Source: a virus
Lineage: Duplodnaviria > Caudoviricetes
Length of the DNA: 27,915 nt
Direction: 5' to 3' (one strand)
Virus record (IMG/VR): IMGVR_UViG_3300043756_000111
Coordinates: 1-27,915 of that record
Position 1 is the first letter of the stretch. Each line of letters starts with the position of its first letter. Shown piece after piece: positions 1 through 8,643 of this stretch. Under the pieces are notes generated by a model. That model saw only the letters and a list, made by a program, of their open reading frames with translations, ran no database searches and was not told where the DNA came from. Both the position numbers and the translations under genes were made by a program.

Positions 1-231
1 CTCGCAGGCAAGCGTGCGAAGTGCTGATGAACTTTTTGGGTCGAGGAAGTCGCTGCCGCAGTAAGGCTTTTAATTCTTCAGGAAAGATTGCCGCGTCGGC
101 AGCGCGATCATGGATGTCAATCTACCGCTGGCCGACGCGGCGTGTCTCGGCATTGACAGCCAGGGTGTCAAGGTTTCCTTGGCCGAGACTGCGGAATTAT
201 GCCATATTGGCCGTGAGGACAGCAATCACGC

Positions 232-828
232 ATGGCAAAGACGCAGGTGCAAGCGGCACAGCCGGAAACTCCGGTCAGGCAATGGCCTGCTGAGCACGTG
301 GAAAAGCGCGCATTGTCAGCGTTGTTGCCCTACGCCCGCAACGCTCGCACCCACTCAGCCGCGCAGATCGGTCAGATCGCCAGCTCGATTTTGGAGTGGG
401 GATGGACGATGCCGGTTCTTGCGGATGAAAATGGAATTATAATAGCTGGTCATGGGAGAGTTTTAGCTGCCGAGCGGTTAGCTATAGAAGAAATTCCAGT
501 GATGATCGCCCATGGCTGGTCGGATGCGCAGAAACAAGCGTATCGGATCGCTGACAACAAGCTCGCCGAGAACGCCGGTTGGGACGAAGCATTGTTGGGT
601 GTCGAAATTGCTGACCTCAAAGCCTACGACTATGATGTTTCATTGCTGGGTTATTCGGACAAAGAAATCGCCAAACTCTGCGCGGAACCTGAAGATCATG
701 ATGCATCGCCGCAGTTGGGCGGTTTGACCTACTCGATTATTATCAGTTGCGAGAGTGAAATAAATCAGAAGGAGTTGCTTGAGCAGTTCGAGCAACAGGG
801 ACTCAAATGCAAGGTATTGATCTCGTAG
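232..828 (+). CDS. ParB/Srx N-terminal domain protein (phage DNA-modification/packaging-associated type)
   Basis: Motifs LLPYARNARTHS, GWTMPVLADE, IIAGHGRVLAA and YRIADNKLAENAGWD are typical of phage ParB-like domains. Confidence 0.9.
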   Translation: MAKTQVQAAQPETPVRQWPAEHVEKRALSALLPYARNARTHSAAQIGQIASSILEWGWTMPVLADENGIIIAGHGRVLAAERLAIEEIPVMIAHGWSDAQKQAYRIADNKLAENAGWDEALLGVEIADLKAYDYDVSLLGYSDKEIAKLCAEPEDHDASPQLGGLTYSIIISCESEINQKELLEQFEQQGLKCKVLIS

Positions 829-1925
829 TTGAGACCACGCTTGATCTGACACCGCGCGTTCAGCAATTGTCTGGCATGTTCGATGTGCCTGCGCAGGAGA
901 AACTAACCCATCATTGGAAAGGCAAAGTGCCACTGGCCGACAGGGAGTGGAATGTCGGCCTAATCGTCGGCCCATCCGGTGCAGGCAAGTCCACGGTCGC
1001 GCATAAACTATTTGATGTCCAATCACTACATGAATGGCAGGCGAACTCCATCATTGACGATTTTGATCAAACAAAATCGATTGAAGATATCGCCGCTGTT
1101 TGCTCGGCGGTCGGGTTTAATACGATTCCAAGTTGGATGAAGCCTTATAATGTGCTGTCCACTGGTGAAAAATTCCGTGCCGGACTGGCGCGTCATCTGC
1201 TGGAAGATCCTGATCCGATTGTGGTTGATGAGTTCAGTTCTGTCGTGGATCGTCAAGTCGCGCAAATTGCTTCGCACGCAGTGCAAAAATACGTGCGCAA
1301 GTACAACAGGAAGTTCGTTGCGATTACCTGTCACTACGACGTGATCGAATGGTTGCAGCCGGACTGGATGCTCGAACCGGCGAGCATGTCGTTTACTTGG
1401 AGGTCTCTTCAACGACGCCCTGAACTCCAAGCTGAGATCGCGCGCGTTCATCATTCGGCATGGCCGTTGTTCGCTCCGTTTCACTATCTGACGGCGAGTT
1501 TAGCGAAAGCGGCGAAATGCTACATCTTGTTTGTTAATGAAGTACCGGTGACGTTCTGCGGAATTCTGCATCGTCCGGCGTGGCAGAAACAAGCACAGAA
1601 TGTATGGGCAATCTCAAGGATCGTGACGCTACCTGACTATCAAGGATTAGGGTTAGCGATGATCATCGCTGACACGCTCGGAGCCGCGCACAAGGCAATC
1701 GGCTGGCGATTGCGAAACTATCCGGCACATCCGTCGTTCGTGCGCGCGCACGATCATTCACCGAATTGGTGGCTCAGGAAAAAACCCGGAACATTCGGTG
1801 CCCGACCAGGAAAACGCTCAGCGATAGATCGAAGTTGGAAGCAGGGAGCGCGTCCGTGCGCGATTTTTGAATACTGCGGACCGGCAATGGCGGACAAGAA
1901 TAAGGCACAGGCGTTACTAACCTAG
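807..1925 (+). CDS. ABC-type ATPase fused to a GNAT/Mom-like acyltransferase domain
   Basis: Walker A GPSGAGKST, ABC signature LSTGEK, Walker B IVVDEF and H-loop TCHYD. The C-terminal ISRIVTLPDYQGLGLA matches the GNAT acyl-CoA motif. No transmembrane segments. Overlaps the end of the ParB gene. Confidence 0.8.
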   Translation: MQGIDLVVETTLDLTPRVQQLSGMFDVPAQEKLTHHWKGKVPLADREWNVGLIVGPSGAGKSTVAHKLFDVQSLHEWQANSIIDDFDQTKSIEDIAAVCSAVGFNTIPSWMKPYNVLSTGEKFRAGLARHLLEDPDPIVVDEFSSVVDRQVAQIASHAVQKYVRKYNRKFVAITCHYDVIEWLQPDWMLEPASMSFTWRSLQRRPELQAEIARVHHSAWPLFAPFHYLTASLAKAAKCYILFVNEVPVTFCGILHRPAWQKQAQNVWAISRIVTLPDYQGLGLAMIIADTLGAAHKAIGWRLRNYPAHPSFVRAHDHSPNWWLRKKPGTFGARPGKRSAIDRSWKQGARPCAIFEYCGPAMADKNKAQALLT

Positions 1926-1933
1926 TTGAACAA

Positions 1934-2131
1934 TTAAAAATCCAGCTTGAGATTGGCGGCATCAATCTGCGCCCGATAATCGGCGGCGATCGCCTCCATC
2001 ACCTCGATCTCCTGTTTGGCCGCGTTCTCGGTGAATTTTCCTGAGTCGATCCAGTGTTTGTAGACGCGTCGTCGAAACCGTAATTCACGTTCGATGCAGG
2101 CGAGCTTCTGCACGGCACTATAGGTCGTCAT
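1934..2131 (-). CDS. hypothetical phage protein (KLACIERELRFRRRVY type)
   Basis: 65 aa ORF with an ATGA overlap with the upstream gene. Last gene of the leftward block. Confidence 0.75.
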   Translation of the reverse strand: MTTYSAVQKLACIERELRFRRRVYKHWIDSGKFTENAAKQEIEVMEAIAADYRAQIDAANLKLDF

Positions 2132-2400
2132 TGCAAGCGACTCTTTAGCAGATTATCGAGAATTTCATTTTCATTGATCGGAATCAACAAGCGCATGTGT
2201 TTGATGTGATTCTGCAATAATGTCTCACGCAATTTACTGGTCTCCTTGCGGTTGATTGAGCCATCTTTGTTGAACACGATCTGACCGGCGAGCCATGTTG
2301 CCAGCAGATCGCAGAGTGCGGCGCCTTGCACGTCAGGTGTATGGCCAGCCAACAGCGGCCAGATATCGCCGCGAATATCGAGAGCTTCGTTGCTGCTCAT
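2128..2400 (-). CDS. hypothetical protein
   Basis: 90 aa ORF, ATGA-coupled to both neighbours. Confidence 0.7.
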   Translation of the reverse strand: MSSNEALDIRGDIWPLLAGHTPDVQGAALCDLLATWLAGQIVFNKDGSINRKETSKLRETLLQNHIKHMRLLIPINENEILDNLLKSRLQ

Positions 2401-2651
2401 AGTTTGCGTCCTTGTGGATTGCCAAGATCCTTGAGCGGCGGCAGATGCAGGCGTTTGCGCAAATCATTGGGCAGCATGTTGGTCATCAGCATGAACTCCA
2501 GCAGCATTTCTGTTGCTAACGGTGGTGAGCTGTCTTCACGGTCCGACGCCCAGCGGCGCGAGGTGCGCTCGCCGATATCAAGGAATTTCGCCGCGCCGAC
2601 TTCGGACATGCCGAGTCTTTGGATGATGGCGCGATAGCGTTCTGCTTTCAT
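2397..2651 (-). CDS. small helix-turn-helix DNA-binding protein
   Basis: Start reassigned to ATG 2651, which follows AAGGAG. LGMSEVGAAKFLDIGERTSRRWAS fits an Xre/Cro-like HTH. Confidence 0.7.
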   Translation of the reverse strand: MKAERYRAIIQRLGMSEVGAAKFLDIGERTSRRWASDREDSSPPLATEMLLEFMLMTNMLPNDLRKRLHLPPLKDLGNPQGRKL

Positions 2652-2654
2652 CGT

Positions 2655-2740
2655 CACACTCCTTGCTGCCAGATCGGGATTATCCTCATTACCCGATCTC
2701 GCAAGGGTGCCGGGTGAAGCAAGGCCGCACATCCGGCACC
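2655..2740 (-). promoter_or_regulatory. structured intergenic leader (two hairpins plus RBS) before the HTH gene
   Basis: On the minus strand: a GGTGCCGG..CCGGCACC stem enclosing CTTGC, then an AGATCGGG-TAATGAGGATAAT-CCCGATCT hairpin, then CAAGGAGT. Confidence 0.5.
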
Positions 2741-2744
2741 AACT

Positions 2745-3572
2745 TCATGAGGCCGCTCCTAAATTCAGGAGCGTCGGCAAATTGTTGTAGACGAGAACGC
2801 CGCGCTGTTTGTCCAAGCGCCGGAACGGAGGCAGCATCAGCAAATGATCGCCGAGTCGCGAGCCCACGGCCTGCGGTTTCGGCACGACCAATTTAATTTC
2901 CCTGCGCGGCGATAAGCTATCGAAATCCATGTAGGTGCGGACGATGGCGTGCACTAATTTCTCGCCGCATTCGTCTTTATCGTCATTGGTAACGCGCAAT
3001 TCAGCGCACCATGTGTGCTCGCCGATACGAATATGAAATGGATCGTCCGGTTTCATCGTCAGATCATCTTGATTGATGTTAAGAATGCCGTCGTGCAATC
3101 TGAATATCGCCGTACTGAGATCGTTGTCGCGGGTGCGCTGGAAGTAACGGCCGAGGGTATGATCGGTGACTTCCAGCGACCATAGATTGGCGTACTTGAA
3201 AATAAATCCTGGCCGATGCGGAGCCCAGCCGATAAACAAATAATTAACGCTGACGGCATCCTGGGTATCGCGCGGATCTTCCGGATCGGCCAGCACGGCC
3301 TCGCACGGTCGGAGAAACGCCCAGGCAGCCATTGGTTTCTTGCCATCGAGTCGCAGCGCCGCGGGCCGGGCGCGGTGTGCCAGCAGGAATTGATTGATAC
3401 GATCGAACACACGCTGGCGGCCTTTGCCTTTTTTCAGAACGAAGTCACGAACGAACTCGGTGTCCAGAGCGGTGGTATAAAACGCACGAATGGCGACATA
3501 GTCTTTGTCCAGTTTTTGCTTGAACATGCGTACCTTGCCGCGCGCTTCAGCGTCGATCCCCCGATAGTCCAT
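2745..3572 (-). CDS. hypothetical protein (~275 aa)
   Basis: Long ORF. The likely start is ATG 3572 (MDYRGID) after GGAG, which avoids overlap with 3586-3885. Confidence 0.75.
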   Translation of the reverse strand: MDYRGIDAEARGKVRMFKQKLDKDYVAIRAFYTTALDTEFVRDFVLKKGKGRQRVFDRINQFLLAHRARPAALRLDGKKPMAAWAFLRPCEAVLADPEDPRDTQDAVSVNYLFIGWAPHRPGFIFKYANLWSLEVTDHTLGRYFQRTRDNDLSTAIFRLHDGILNINQDDLTMKPDDPFHIRIGEHTWCAELRVTNDDKDECGEKLVHAIVRTYMDFDSLSPRREIKLVVPKPQAVGSRLGDHLLMLPPFRRLDKQRGVLVYNNLPTLLNLGAAS

Positions 3573-3585
3573 GTCTCGGCTCCAT

Positions 3586-3885
3586 TCATTCTGGGCGCAC
3601 AACGTCGCGACAGCCACAGCCATAGTATTTGCAGGCGTACGCTCCATTCGCCGTGCGACCATGGCTGGTCCAGGGATGGCCGCAATCGCAGGCGAGCTTG
3701 CGCCGACCGGCGCTGGTGATCTCGACGTGAATCCAAGGACTGAAATACGCATACACCAAACCAGCGTCGAGTAGTTTGGTGACAGTCTTGACGCTGACGC
3801 TAAAATCCTTGCGCAGCTTGGCTGTGCTTATTCCGTCCGGATTGGCAGCAAGGATAGTGAGCGCGTGGTGTTCATCGCGGTTCAT
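3586..3885 (-). CDS. hypothetical protein, possible winged-helix plus C-terminal Cys/His metal-binding knuckle
   Basis: Start MNRDEH after GGAG. C-terminal CDCGH...H...CKYYGCGC. Confidence 0.55.
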   Translation of the reverse strand: MNRDEHHALTILAANPDGISTAKLRKDFSVSVKTVTKLLDAGLVYAYFSPWIHVEITSAGRRKLACDCGHPWTSHGRTANGAYACKYYGCGCRDVVRPE

Positions 3886-4183
3886 GCTGCTCTCCACGCA
3901 GACTAATAATTTGCTGTTCAAGAACGTTGATGCGCGCTTCTAATTGATCCTGCTTGGTCATCGTCGCGTCGATATCCGTGTGGAGTGCCTCTGCTTCACC
4001 GGTCGTCATCTGAACGGCGGCAAGATCGTTCACAGCGGCGCGGACCGCACGCATCTCACGCCGTAGAGTTTCGATGGCCCGCTGAAGCAGCGGGACGCCC
4101 GCAATCTGCGGTCGCATAGCAGCGATGTCACGGCGCAATGGTTCAAGTTCAGTGCGCAATTGTTCGAGAGTAAGATCAGTCAT
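3872..4183 (-). CDS. coiled-coil hypothetical protein
   Basis: 103 aa with a heptad pattern (LEARINVLEQQIISL). RBS-like AAGGGA upstream. Confidence 0.7.
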   Translation of the reverse strand: MTDLTLEQLRTELEPLRRDIAAMRPQIAGVPLLQRAIETLRREMRAVRAAVNDLAAVQMTTGEAEALHTDIDATMTKQDQLEARINVLEQQIISLRGEQHEPR

Positions 4184-4195
4184 TCGCTGAGTCCC

Positions 4196-4816
4196 TTATG
4201 TTGTCTCCAGTTCGGGCAACCATTGCGGCCACGTCGCACCGGCAGGCAGCTTGGCCTCGCCGGGATCGATCTCGTGCCACTGCTTATCGTGCGACCAACT
4301 CGGCGGGATCAGCACGAGGCCATCTCGTTCATTGAAGCGGATTAATGCGAGCTTGGGATTTTTGTCGTCGGCTTGACGTTCGAGATAGGCGCGCAAGGCC
4401 GGATCGCGATGCGCATCGGGATAATCGGGGTCGACCCAAATTTGCAGGACTTGAATAGAGATTTTCTCCTGGTTATCATGTTGATCGATCTGGATAAAAT
4501 CCGGCATCATGTCGATGACGTAATGCGATCTATCCGGTCGTCGCAGATCGCGCGTGTCATCGCCAGTCAGCCAGCGGCAAGACCAGATGCGACAACCCAT
4601 CGGCCGCGTCTTGTACTGCGAGCATCCTTTGTGGTGCTTCTCGAATGGACAGCGCATTCCGGCTGGCTTGTTGAACTCGCGCATCGGCTTGGCGCCAGGA
4701 GCGATCAGGTTTCTGATCTCGGGATCGTCCCAATAGCCAGCATCGCGCGCGGCCATCGGCAGCAGAGAGCAACAAAGAGTACAACGATCGTCACCGATAC
4801 CGCAGCTACGATCCAT
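4196..4816 (-). CDS. Cys-cluster (YkgJ/CxxCxxCC-like) metal-binding protein
   Basis: C-x6-CTLCC, KPAGMRCPF and GCSQYKTRPMGCRIWSCRWL. RBS GAGGA upstream. Confidence 0.7.
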   Translation of the reverse strand: MDRSCGIGDDRCTLCCSLLPMAARDAGYWDDPEIRNLIAPGAKPMREFNKPAGMRCPFEKHHKGCSQYKTRPMGCRIWSCRWLTGDDTRDLRRPDRSHYVIDMMPDFIQIDQHDNQEKISIQVLQIWVDPDYPDAHRDPALRAYLERQADDKNPKLALIRFNERDGLVLIPPSWSHDKQWHEIDPGEAKLPAGATWPQWLPELETT

Positions 4817-4896
4817 GTTTTTGCTTCCTCGTGAGTACGATCAAGCGGCCGAATCGTTTGCCCGTCAGATCAGTGAAAACAAAGCGCGTCATATCT

Positions 4897-5091
4897 TTAT
4901 CCACCAATCAGTTTGATAAAAGCCGCGCCAGCGGCAAATAGCGCTGCACCAGTTGTCATGCCAGTGAGCACCAATTGCCAAAGCGCAATTTCCTGACGCT
5001 TGCGATCATGGTCAGCAAGCATCTGATCGATATGCACGAGCTTCTTGCGAAAATCGAGTTGCTGCATGTCAACTTGTGTTAAGTCGCTCAT
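4897..5091 (-). CDS. small protein with a C-terminal transmembrane helix
   Basis: Hydrophobic C-terminus LVLTGMTTGAALFAAGAAFIKLI. ATGA overlap. Confidence 0.65.
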   Translation of the reverse strand: MSDLTQVDMQQLDFRKKLVHIDQMLADHDRKRQEIALWQLVLTGMTTGAALFAAGAAFIKLIGG

Positions 5092-5381
5092 TTCCTGTCC
5101 TTGATCGATTTGCCGATGACGCGACCATCGGCGCCGTAGTAGGTCGTGGTGCCGCCGCTGTCGGTCCTTGAACGGCCCTGGACTGAACCATTCGCGCCAT
5201 ACAACGTCGAGGAATTCCCGGATTGAATTTCGTGGCCGATAGTGCGGCCATCCGGTCCATAGATCGTGGTCTGCTGGCCATATCCGGGCAGGACGTTGAA
5301 CAGCAAAACGACGATAGCGACAATCAGCGCGGCAACGACGAGCAAGAATGTTTCGAAGGCGAGATCGTTATACTTGGTCAT
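5088..5381 (-). CDS. membrane-anchored or secreted small protein with three TxYGxxG repeats
   Basis: N-terminal hydrophobic stretch followed by TTIYGPDGR, STLYGANGS and TTYYGADGR. Confidence 0.7.
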   Translation of the reverse strand: MTKYNDLAFETFLLVVAALIVAIVVLLFNVLPGYGQQTTIYGPDGRTIGHEIQSGNSSTLYGANGSVQGRSRTDSGGTTTYYGADGRVIGKSIKDRK

Positions 5382-5584
5382 ATGGCACCCTTCTTGATTT
5401 CGTCACACATCGGTTCGGCCTTGGGCTCATAGGCCGTCCAGCCAAGCGCGATGCGGCGAGCGCTGGCTTCGGTCAGATGATCGACTTGCACGACGCGTTT
5501 TTTGCCTTCCATCCTGAAGCGACATTGAAGACAAGTTCCGTCCGTGCAGCACAGCCGGGTCACTTGCCATCGCTTGCTGTTCAT
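5378..5584 (-). CDS. hypothetical protein
   Basis: 68 aa ORF with RBS AAGGAG and an ATGA overlap with the next gene. Confidence 0.6.
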   Translation of the reverse strand: MNSKRWQVTRLCCTDGTCLQCRFRMEGKKRVVQVDHLTEASARRIALGWTAYEPKAEPMCDEIKKGAI

Positions 5585-5585
5585 A

Positions 5586-6020
5586 TCAGTCTCCTTCAGG
5601 CGTATGTGATTTGATAATCTCGGCGTCTGTTAGATCGCCAAATTTCATCTTGCGACCCTGTTTCTCTTGCTTGATCAGTCCGCGTAGCTGCGCGCGCCGC
5701 AAAGCTGCATTGAACTTGCGTTGAAACTGAGCAATCGGAGCTTCGTGGCTGTGCGGGTCAACGTGTTGGACGACGATCCAGGTTGGAATGTCGCCATCTA
5801 TGCCGCGCGCGACCATGGTGATTTGTCGGGTGAATGGATAGGCTTGCTTGCGCACGAGATCGTTGATCAAATCGATCTCGGTTGCAGGCAAATGTACGAA
5901 GCGTATGGATACATTGCCACGCGTATCGCCGTAGGTGCCGCCGCATGCTTTGATCCGTCGCACATGTGGGTGCGACAGCGCCTTCGGCGGGAGGTGTAGT
6001 TCGAGTTTCTTGTAAGTCAC
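5586..6020 (-). CDS. hypothetical protein, first gene after the internal promoter
   Basis: Start reassigned to GTG 6020 after GAGGA. The track start at 6089 lies inside the promoter. Confidence 0.7.
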   Translation of the reverse strand: MTYKKLELHLPPKALSHPHVRRIKACGGTYGDTRGNVSIRFVHLPATEIDLINDLVRKQAYPFTRQITMVARGIDGDIPTWIVVQHVDPHSHEAPIAQFQRKFNAALRRAQLRGLIKQEKQGRKMKFGDLTDAEIIKSHTPEGD

Positions 6021-6060
6021 GTTGTTGTCCTCATTTCGGGCCAAGAATTGGCCGTTCAGG

Positions 6061-6089
6061 AATATAGGCCAAAATGGCCAGGATGGCAA
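6061..6089 (-). promoter_or_regulatory. sigma70-type leftward promoter with a palindromic spacer
   Basis: TTGCCA-17 bp-TATATT. The spacer contains GGCCATTTTGGCC. Confidence 0.7.
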
Positions 6090-6241
6090 CGGCCAATTTA
6101 TTCAAGGATAAGTTTACTGGCATTCGATCACGCAGGGAGAAGCTTGCAGGATATGCGCGCGGTTGCGGAATCGGGCAGGATCAGCTATGAAAGGCGCGTC
6201 TGGCGCTCGGCGCTTCTCCATTCGCGCCTATCGAGCGCTGT

Positions 6242-6278
6242 GACTCCTTGTAGGCAGTGGCCTGTTGCAAGCGGCCAC
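6242..6278 (-). repeat. partial copy of the intergenic element (CTTGC hairpin plus CAAGGAGTC) with no gene behind it
   Basis: Minus strand GTGGCC-GCTTGCAACA-GGCCAC-TGCCTA-CAAGGAGTC. No start codon at normal RBS spacing. Confidence 0.65.
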
Positions 6279-6310
6279 AAAAAACCCCCGGAGCCTTTCG
6301 GCTTCGGGGG
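6279..6310 (-). terminator. Rho-independent terminator of the repeat-punctuated operon
   Basis: CCCCCGAAGCC-GAAA-GGCTCCGGGGG followed by TTTTTT on the minus strand. Confidence 0.85.
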
Positions 6311-6380
6311 TGCAAGGGGACCACATAGTCTCCGACGTAAAAACAATCATCCTGACAACGACTCCGTAGTTCATTTCGTT

Positions 6381-6752
6381 TTACGCGGCGCGTTTCCTGT
6401 CCTTGTTTTGCATTGCTCGTTCATAGAGCTTTTGCCATTCCTGTGGCGTACGAGCGTTACGCTCCTTGGCAGGGCAAGCAAGCAATGCGTTGAGTTGCTG
6501 ACGTTTTATCGCTTCGTGGATTTCGTCGCCCGTCGTATACCAAGTGCGACTGGCGCAATTGCAACGGTTAGCAGGCGGAAGCACGCGCAACAATTCACGC
6601 CGTTGCAAAGCAAGAATTGCGGCGTGAACAGCATCGCCATAGGCAATGCGATCCTCGCGTGACAGTTTCGCGAGTCCTTGCTTGGCACGACGTCGGTACT
6701 TTTCAACAGTTGCACCAAGCAACGGATATGACGGCCCGGCAGGGTCAAGCAT
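6381..6752 (-). CDS. hypothetical protein
   Basis: Start MLDPAG at 6752 overlaps the upstream stop. Ends shortly before the terminator. Confidence 0.65.
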   Translation of the reverse strand: MLDPAGPSYPLLGATVEKYRRRAKQGLAKLSREDRIAYGDAVHAAILALQRRELLRVLPPANRCNCASRTWYTTGDEIHEAIKRQQLNALLACPAKERNARTPQEWQKLYERAMQNKDRKRAA

Positions 6753-7023
6753 CGCCGTACACCTCGCAGCTGAACCAATTGTGCTGCGGGAATGCTTTGA
6801 CGGCATTGGCGCGCGCGATCACAGTCGGCTCGCGTGAGCCACGCACGTAATCTTGTTGACGCTCGTATCTGTAGCGGTTTTCGTGCGCCCAACACGCATG
6901 ACAAAGGATTAAGTTGCCACTGAGCGTGCCGGGAGTGCCGAGAGGATAGACACGAACCTCGCCGGTTTCGCTGAAGCAGTGCGAGCCGTCGCAATTCGGA
7001 TTGTGTTTCTGCTTTCTAGGCAT
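6745..7023 (-). CDS. small Cys/His-rich (probable Zn-binding) protein
   Basis: Start MPRKQK directly after the element RBS. Contains NCDGSHC and LCHACW. Confidence 0.75.
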   Translation of the reverse strand: MPRKQKHNPNCDGSHCFSETGEVRVYPLGTPGTLSGNLILCHACWAHENRYRYERQQDYVRGSREPTVIARANAVKAFPQHNWFSCEVYGDA

Positions 7024-7027
7024 TTCA

Positions 7028-7117
7028 GACTCCTTGTCGTGATAAACCGCGAGCAAGCGCGGTAGTGTTCGGATGAACACTATGACGCGGGCCGCGTAGG
7101 TCCGCGCTTAGTGCTCA
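7028..7117 (-). repeat. structured intergenic element, copy 1
   Basis: TGAGCACTAAG-CGCGGACC-TACGC-GGCCCGCG-TCATAGTGTTC-ATCC-GAACACTA-CCGCG-CTTGCT-CGCGG-...-CAAGGAGTC. Confidence 0.95.
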
Positions 7118-7246
7118 CGCTCAGTATGTATCCCATCCGCAAATGCGGATAACATGCCGAGTGCCGCCAAACATGCGGCGATAAAGAAAAAATCATGTCC
7201 AGAACGACCGGCATTTTCTGATAGGCCAGTACGTAAGTCTCATTGG

Positions 7247-7750
7247 CTACATTCTCCGTTGACGTGCACCGGGAGGCGACTTGACTTCTTGTTCGACCAC
7301 ATCGCGCTTGCCGTAGCCGTCGATGTTGACGGGCAGGCGCACAGTCGAATCAGTAAAACACCAGATGTGATATTTGTTGCTGGTATCAACCATCCGACTT
7401 TCGGCGGGATAGAGTTCGAAGCCTTCGCATTCATCGCCGACCAGCTGGTTCTTGATCCACTGGCGGTGGCGCCAATCAAAAATCGGCGCGCCATCGATGC
7501 GACGAATGTTGAGATGGATCATGTCTTGTTCGAACGCTTCGTTGCGGAAGCGGCGAACCTGAACCTGATACAAATCGTTGCGCCAGTACGTGCATGTGTC
7601 GTCGTAATCCTTGAGGCGCTTGCAGGCGGCCTCAAAATCCAGCCCGTACTGTTGCATCGCCACGTCAACGAAGTGTCGATACTTCGAATCGGTATAGTCG
7701 CGGCGGTCAACCGTAGCTTCCCGCAGCGGTTTCCAGTTCTTCTTGGTCAT
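7247..7750 (-). CDS. conserved phage protein (HLxIRRxD...W...KN...YPAES..VD...H.W family)
   Basis: 167 aa. The motif pattern recurs in uncharacterised phage proteins. RBS GAGGA. Confidence 0.8.
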   Translation of the reverse strand: MTKKNWKPLREATVDRRDYTDSKYRHFVDVAMQQYGLDFEAACKRLKDYDDTCTYWRNDLYQVQVRRFRNEAFEQDMIHLNIRRIDGAPIFDWRHRQWIKNQLVGDECEGFELYPAESRMVDTSNKYHIWCFTDSTVRLPVNIDGYGKRDVVEQEVKSPPGARQRRM

Positions 7751-7945
7751 CTATGACTTCCTCATTTGAGCGTTGTAGATAAGCCAATAGGTGACTTCCG
7801 CGATGGCGTTGTGATAGGTGTCGTCTCCAATCATGTCGTCTTCCTCGTATCCGCTGGCAACACTCAGGTAGACGCCAGCAGTTTTATTAGTAGGATTGGA
7901 GCGGAACTCGTCTTGTGCTTCGTCAAATGTTATCAGACGTCTCAT
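7751..7945 (-). CDS. hypothetical acidic protein (64 aa)
   Basis: Start MRRLITF directly after the element RBS. The track extension runs through the repeat. Confidence 0.7.
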   Translation of the reverse strand: MRRLITFDEAQDEFRSNPTNKTAGVYLSVASGYEEDDMIGDDTYHNAIAEVTYWLIYNAQMRKS

Positions 7946-7949
7946 TTCA

Positions 7950-8043
7950 GACTCCTTGTTTGTTGGTCGCGTGCAAGCGCGAGAGTGTTCAGGATGAACA
8001 CTATGAGACGGCAGGGCTCGCGCGCTGCCGTCCTTAGTGCTCA
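7950..8043 (-). repeat. structured intergenic element, copy 2
   Basis: Begins at the TGA stop of the ASCH gene. Upper stem GACGGCAG/CTGCCGTC, then TCGCG-CTTGCA-CGCGA and CAAGGAGTC. Confidence 0.95.
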
Positions 8044-8457
8044 ACGTTCGGCGTAGTGTCCGATACGATATGGTTCGAAGAACCCGAGACGGCCAGCGCA
8101 TTCTTTGAATGCACTAGGTCGCGAGTGCTCCAATACGAAACCGTACGGACCGAAGAACCAAGGCGAAAACAGTTGTTCGTGTCCAGGCGAATGTTGTTCG
8201 TGTACAACATCGACAAGATGGGAGCGCCCAACAATGCCGCCGCGTTTCAACTTATCGTCATCAGGAACAATGATGCCGAAACGCGAGCTAGCCCAGGATC
8301 GAATTTTGGCCCGTTCTTCTGGCGTGCCATACAAGTTTAATCCTGCGTGGATCAAGAACTCGCCTCTGAACTCAGTGGTCCAGGTTCGATTCTCGATGTT
8401 TTTGTGGCCGTGAACGATCAGCCATGCCCACGGTTGACGAATACTAAGCGCTTTCAT
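8041..8457 (-). CDS. ASCH domain protein
   Basis: MKALSIRQPWAWLIVHGHKNIENRTW (GxKxxExR), LIHAG, GGIVG and G.LGFF. Confidence 0.92.
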   Translation of the reverse strand: MKALSIRQPWAWLIVHGHKNIENRTWTTEFRGEFLIHAGLNLYGTPEERAKIRSWASSRFGIIVPDDDKLKRGGIVGRSHLVDVVHEQHSPGHEQLFSPWFFGPYGFVLEHSRPSAFKECAGRLGFFEPYRIGHYAER

Positions 8458-8460
8458 GGG

Positions 8461-8643
8461 TTATGATCTCACGGCAGGTTTGAGATCCGATAGGAACAAC
8501 GTTTCGTAAATGCCGTTGTCCCATTTGACCTCAGCAATCGCGCCCGCAATCGAAATGATCCGGCCGACATGACGCGGATCAGCAGCATTGTAGACGTGAT
8601 CGCCGCAATGGAACTTGAGGTGATCGCCACGTTTAGCTGGCAT
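8461..8643 (-). CDS. small hypothetical protein (SH3/Tudor-like beta pattern)
   Basis: FHCGDHV...VGRII...AEVKWDNG. RBS AGGAGG. Confidence 0.65.
   Translation of the reverse strand: MPAKRGDHLKFHCGDHVYNAADPRHVGRIISIAGAIAEVKWDNGIYETLFLSDLKPAVRS

Noticed and set aside
1-231. Possible cos/packaging site and a TCGCA..TGCGA hairpin at 2-19
   Set aside because: The position before the ParB gene is suggestive, but no diagnostic sequence can be confirmed without read-terminus data.
807-1925. ABC transporter subunit
   Set aside because: There is no permease partner or membrane segment, and the GNAT fusion and phage context point elsewhere.
6048-6662. 204 aa plus-strand ORF (and similarly 7154-7756)
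   Set aside because: It is antisense to the promoter, terminator and well-supported minus-strand genes, with no recognisable motifs.
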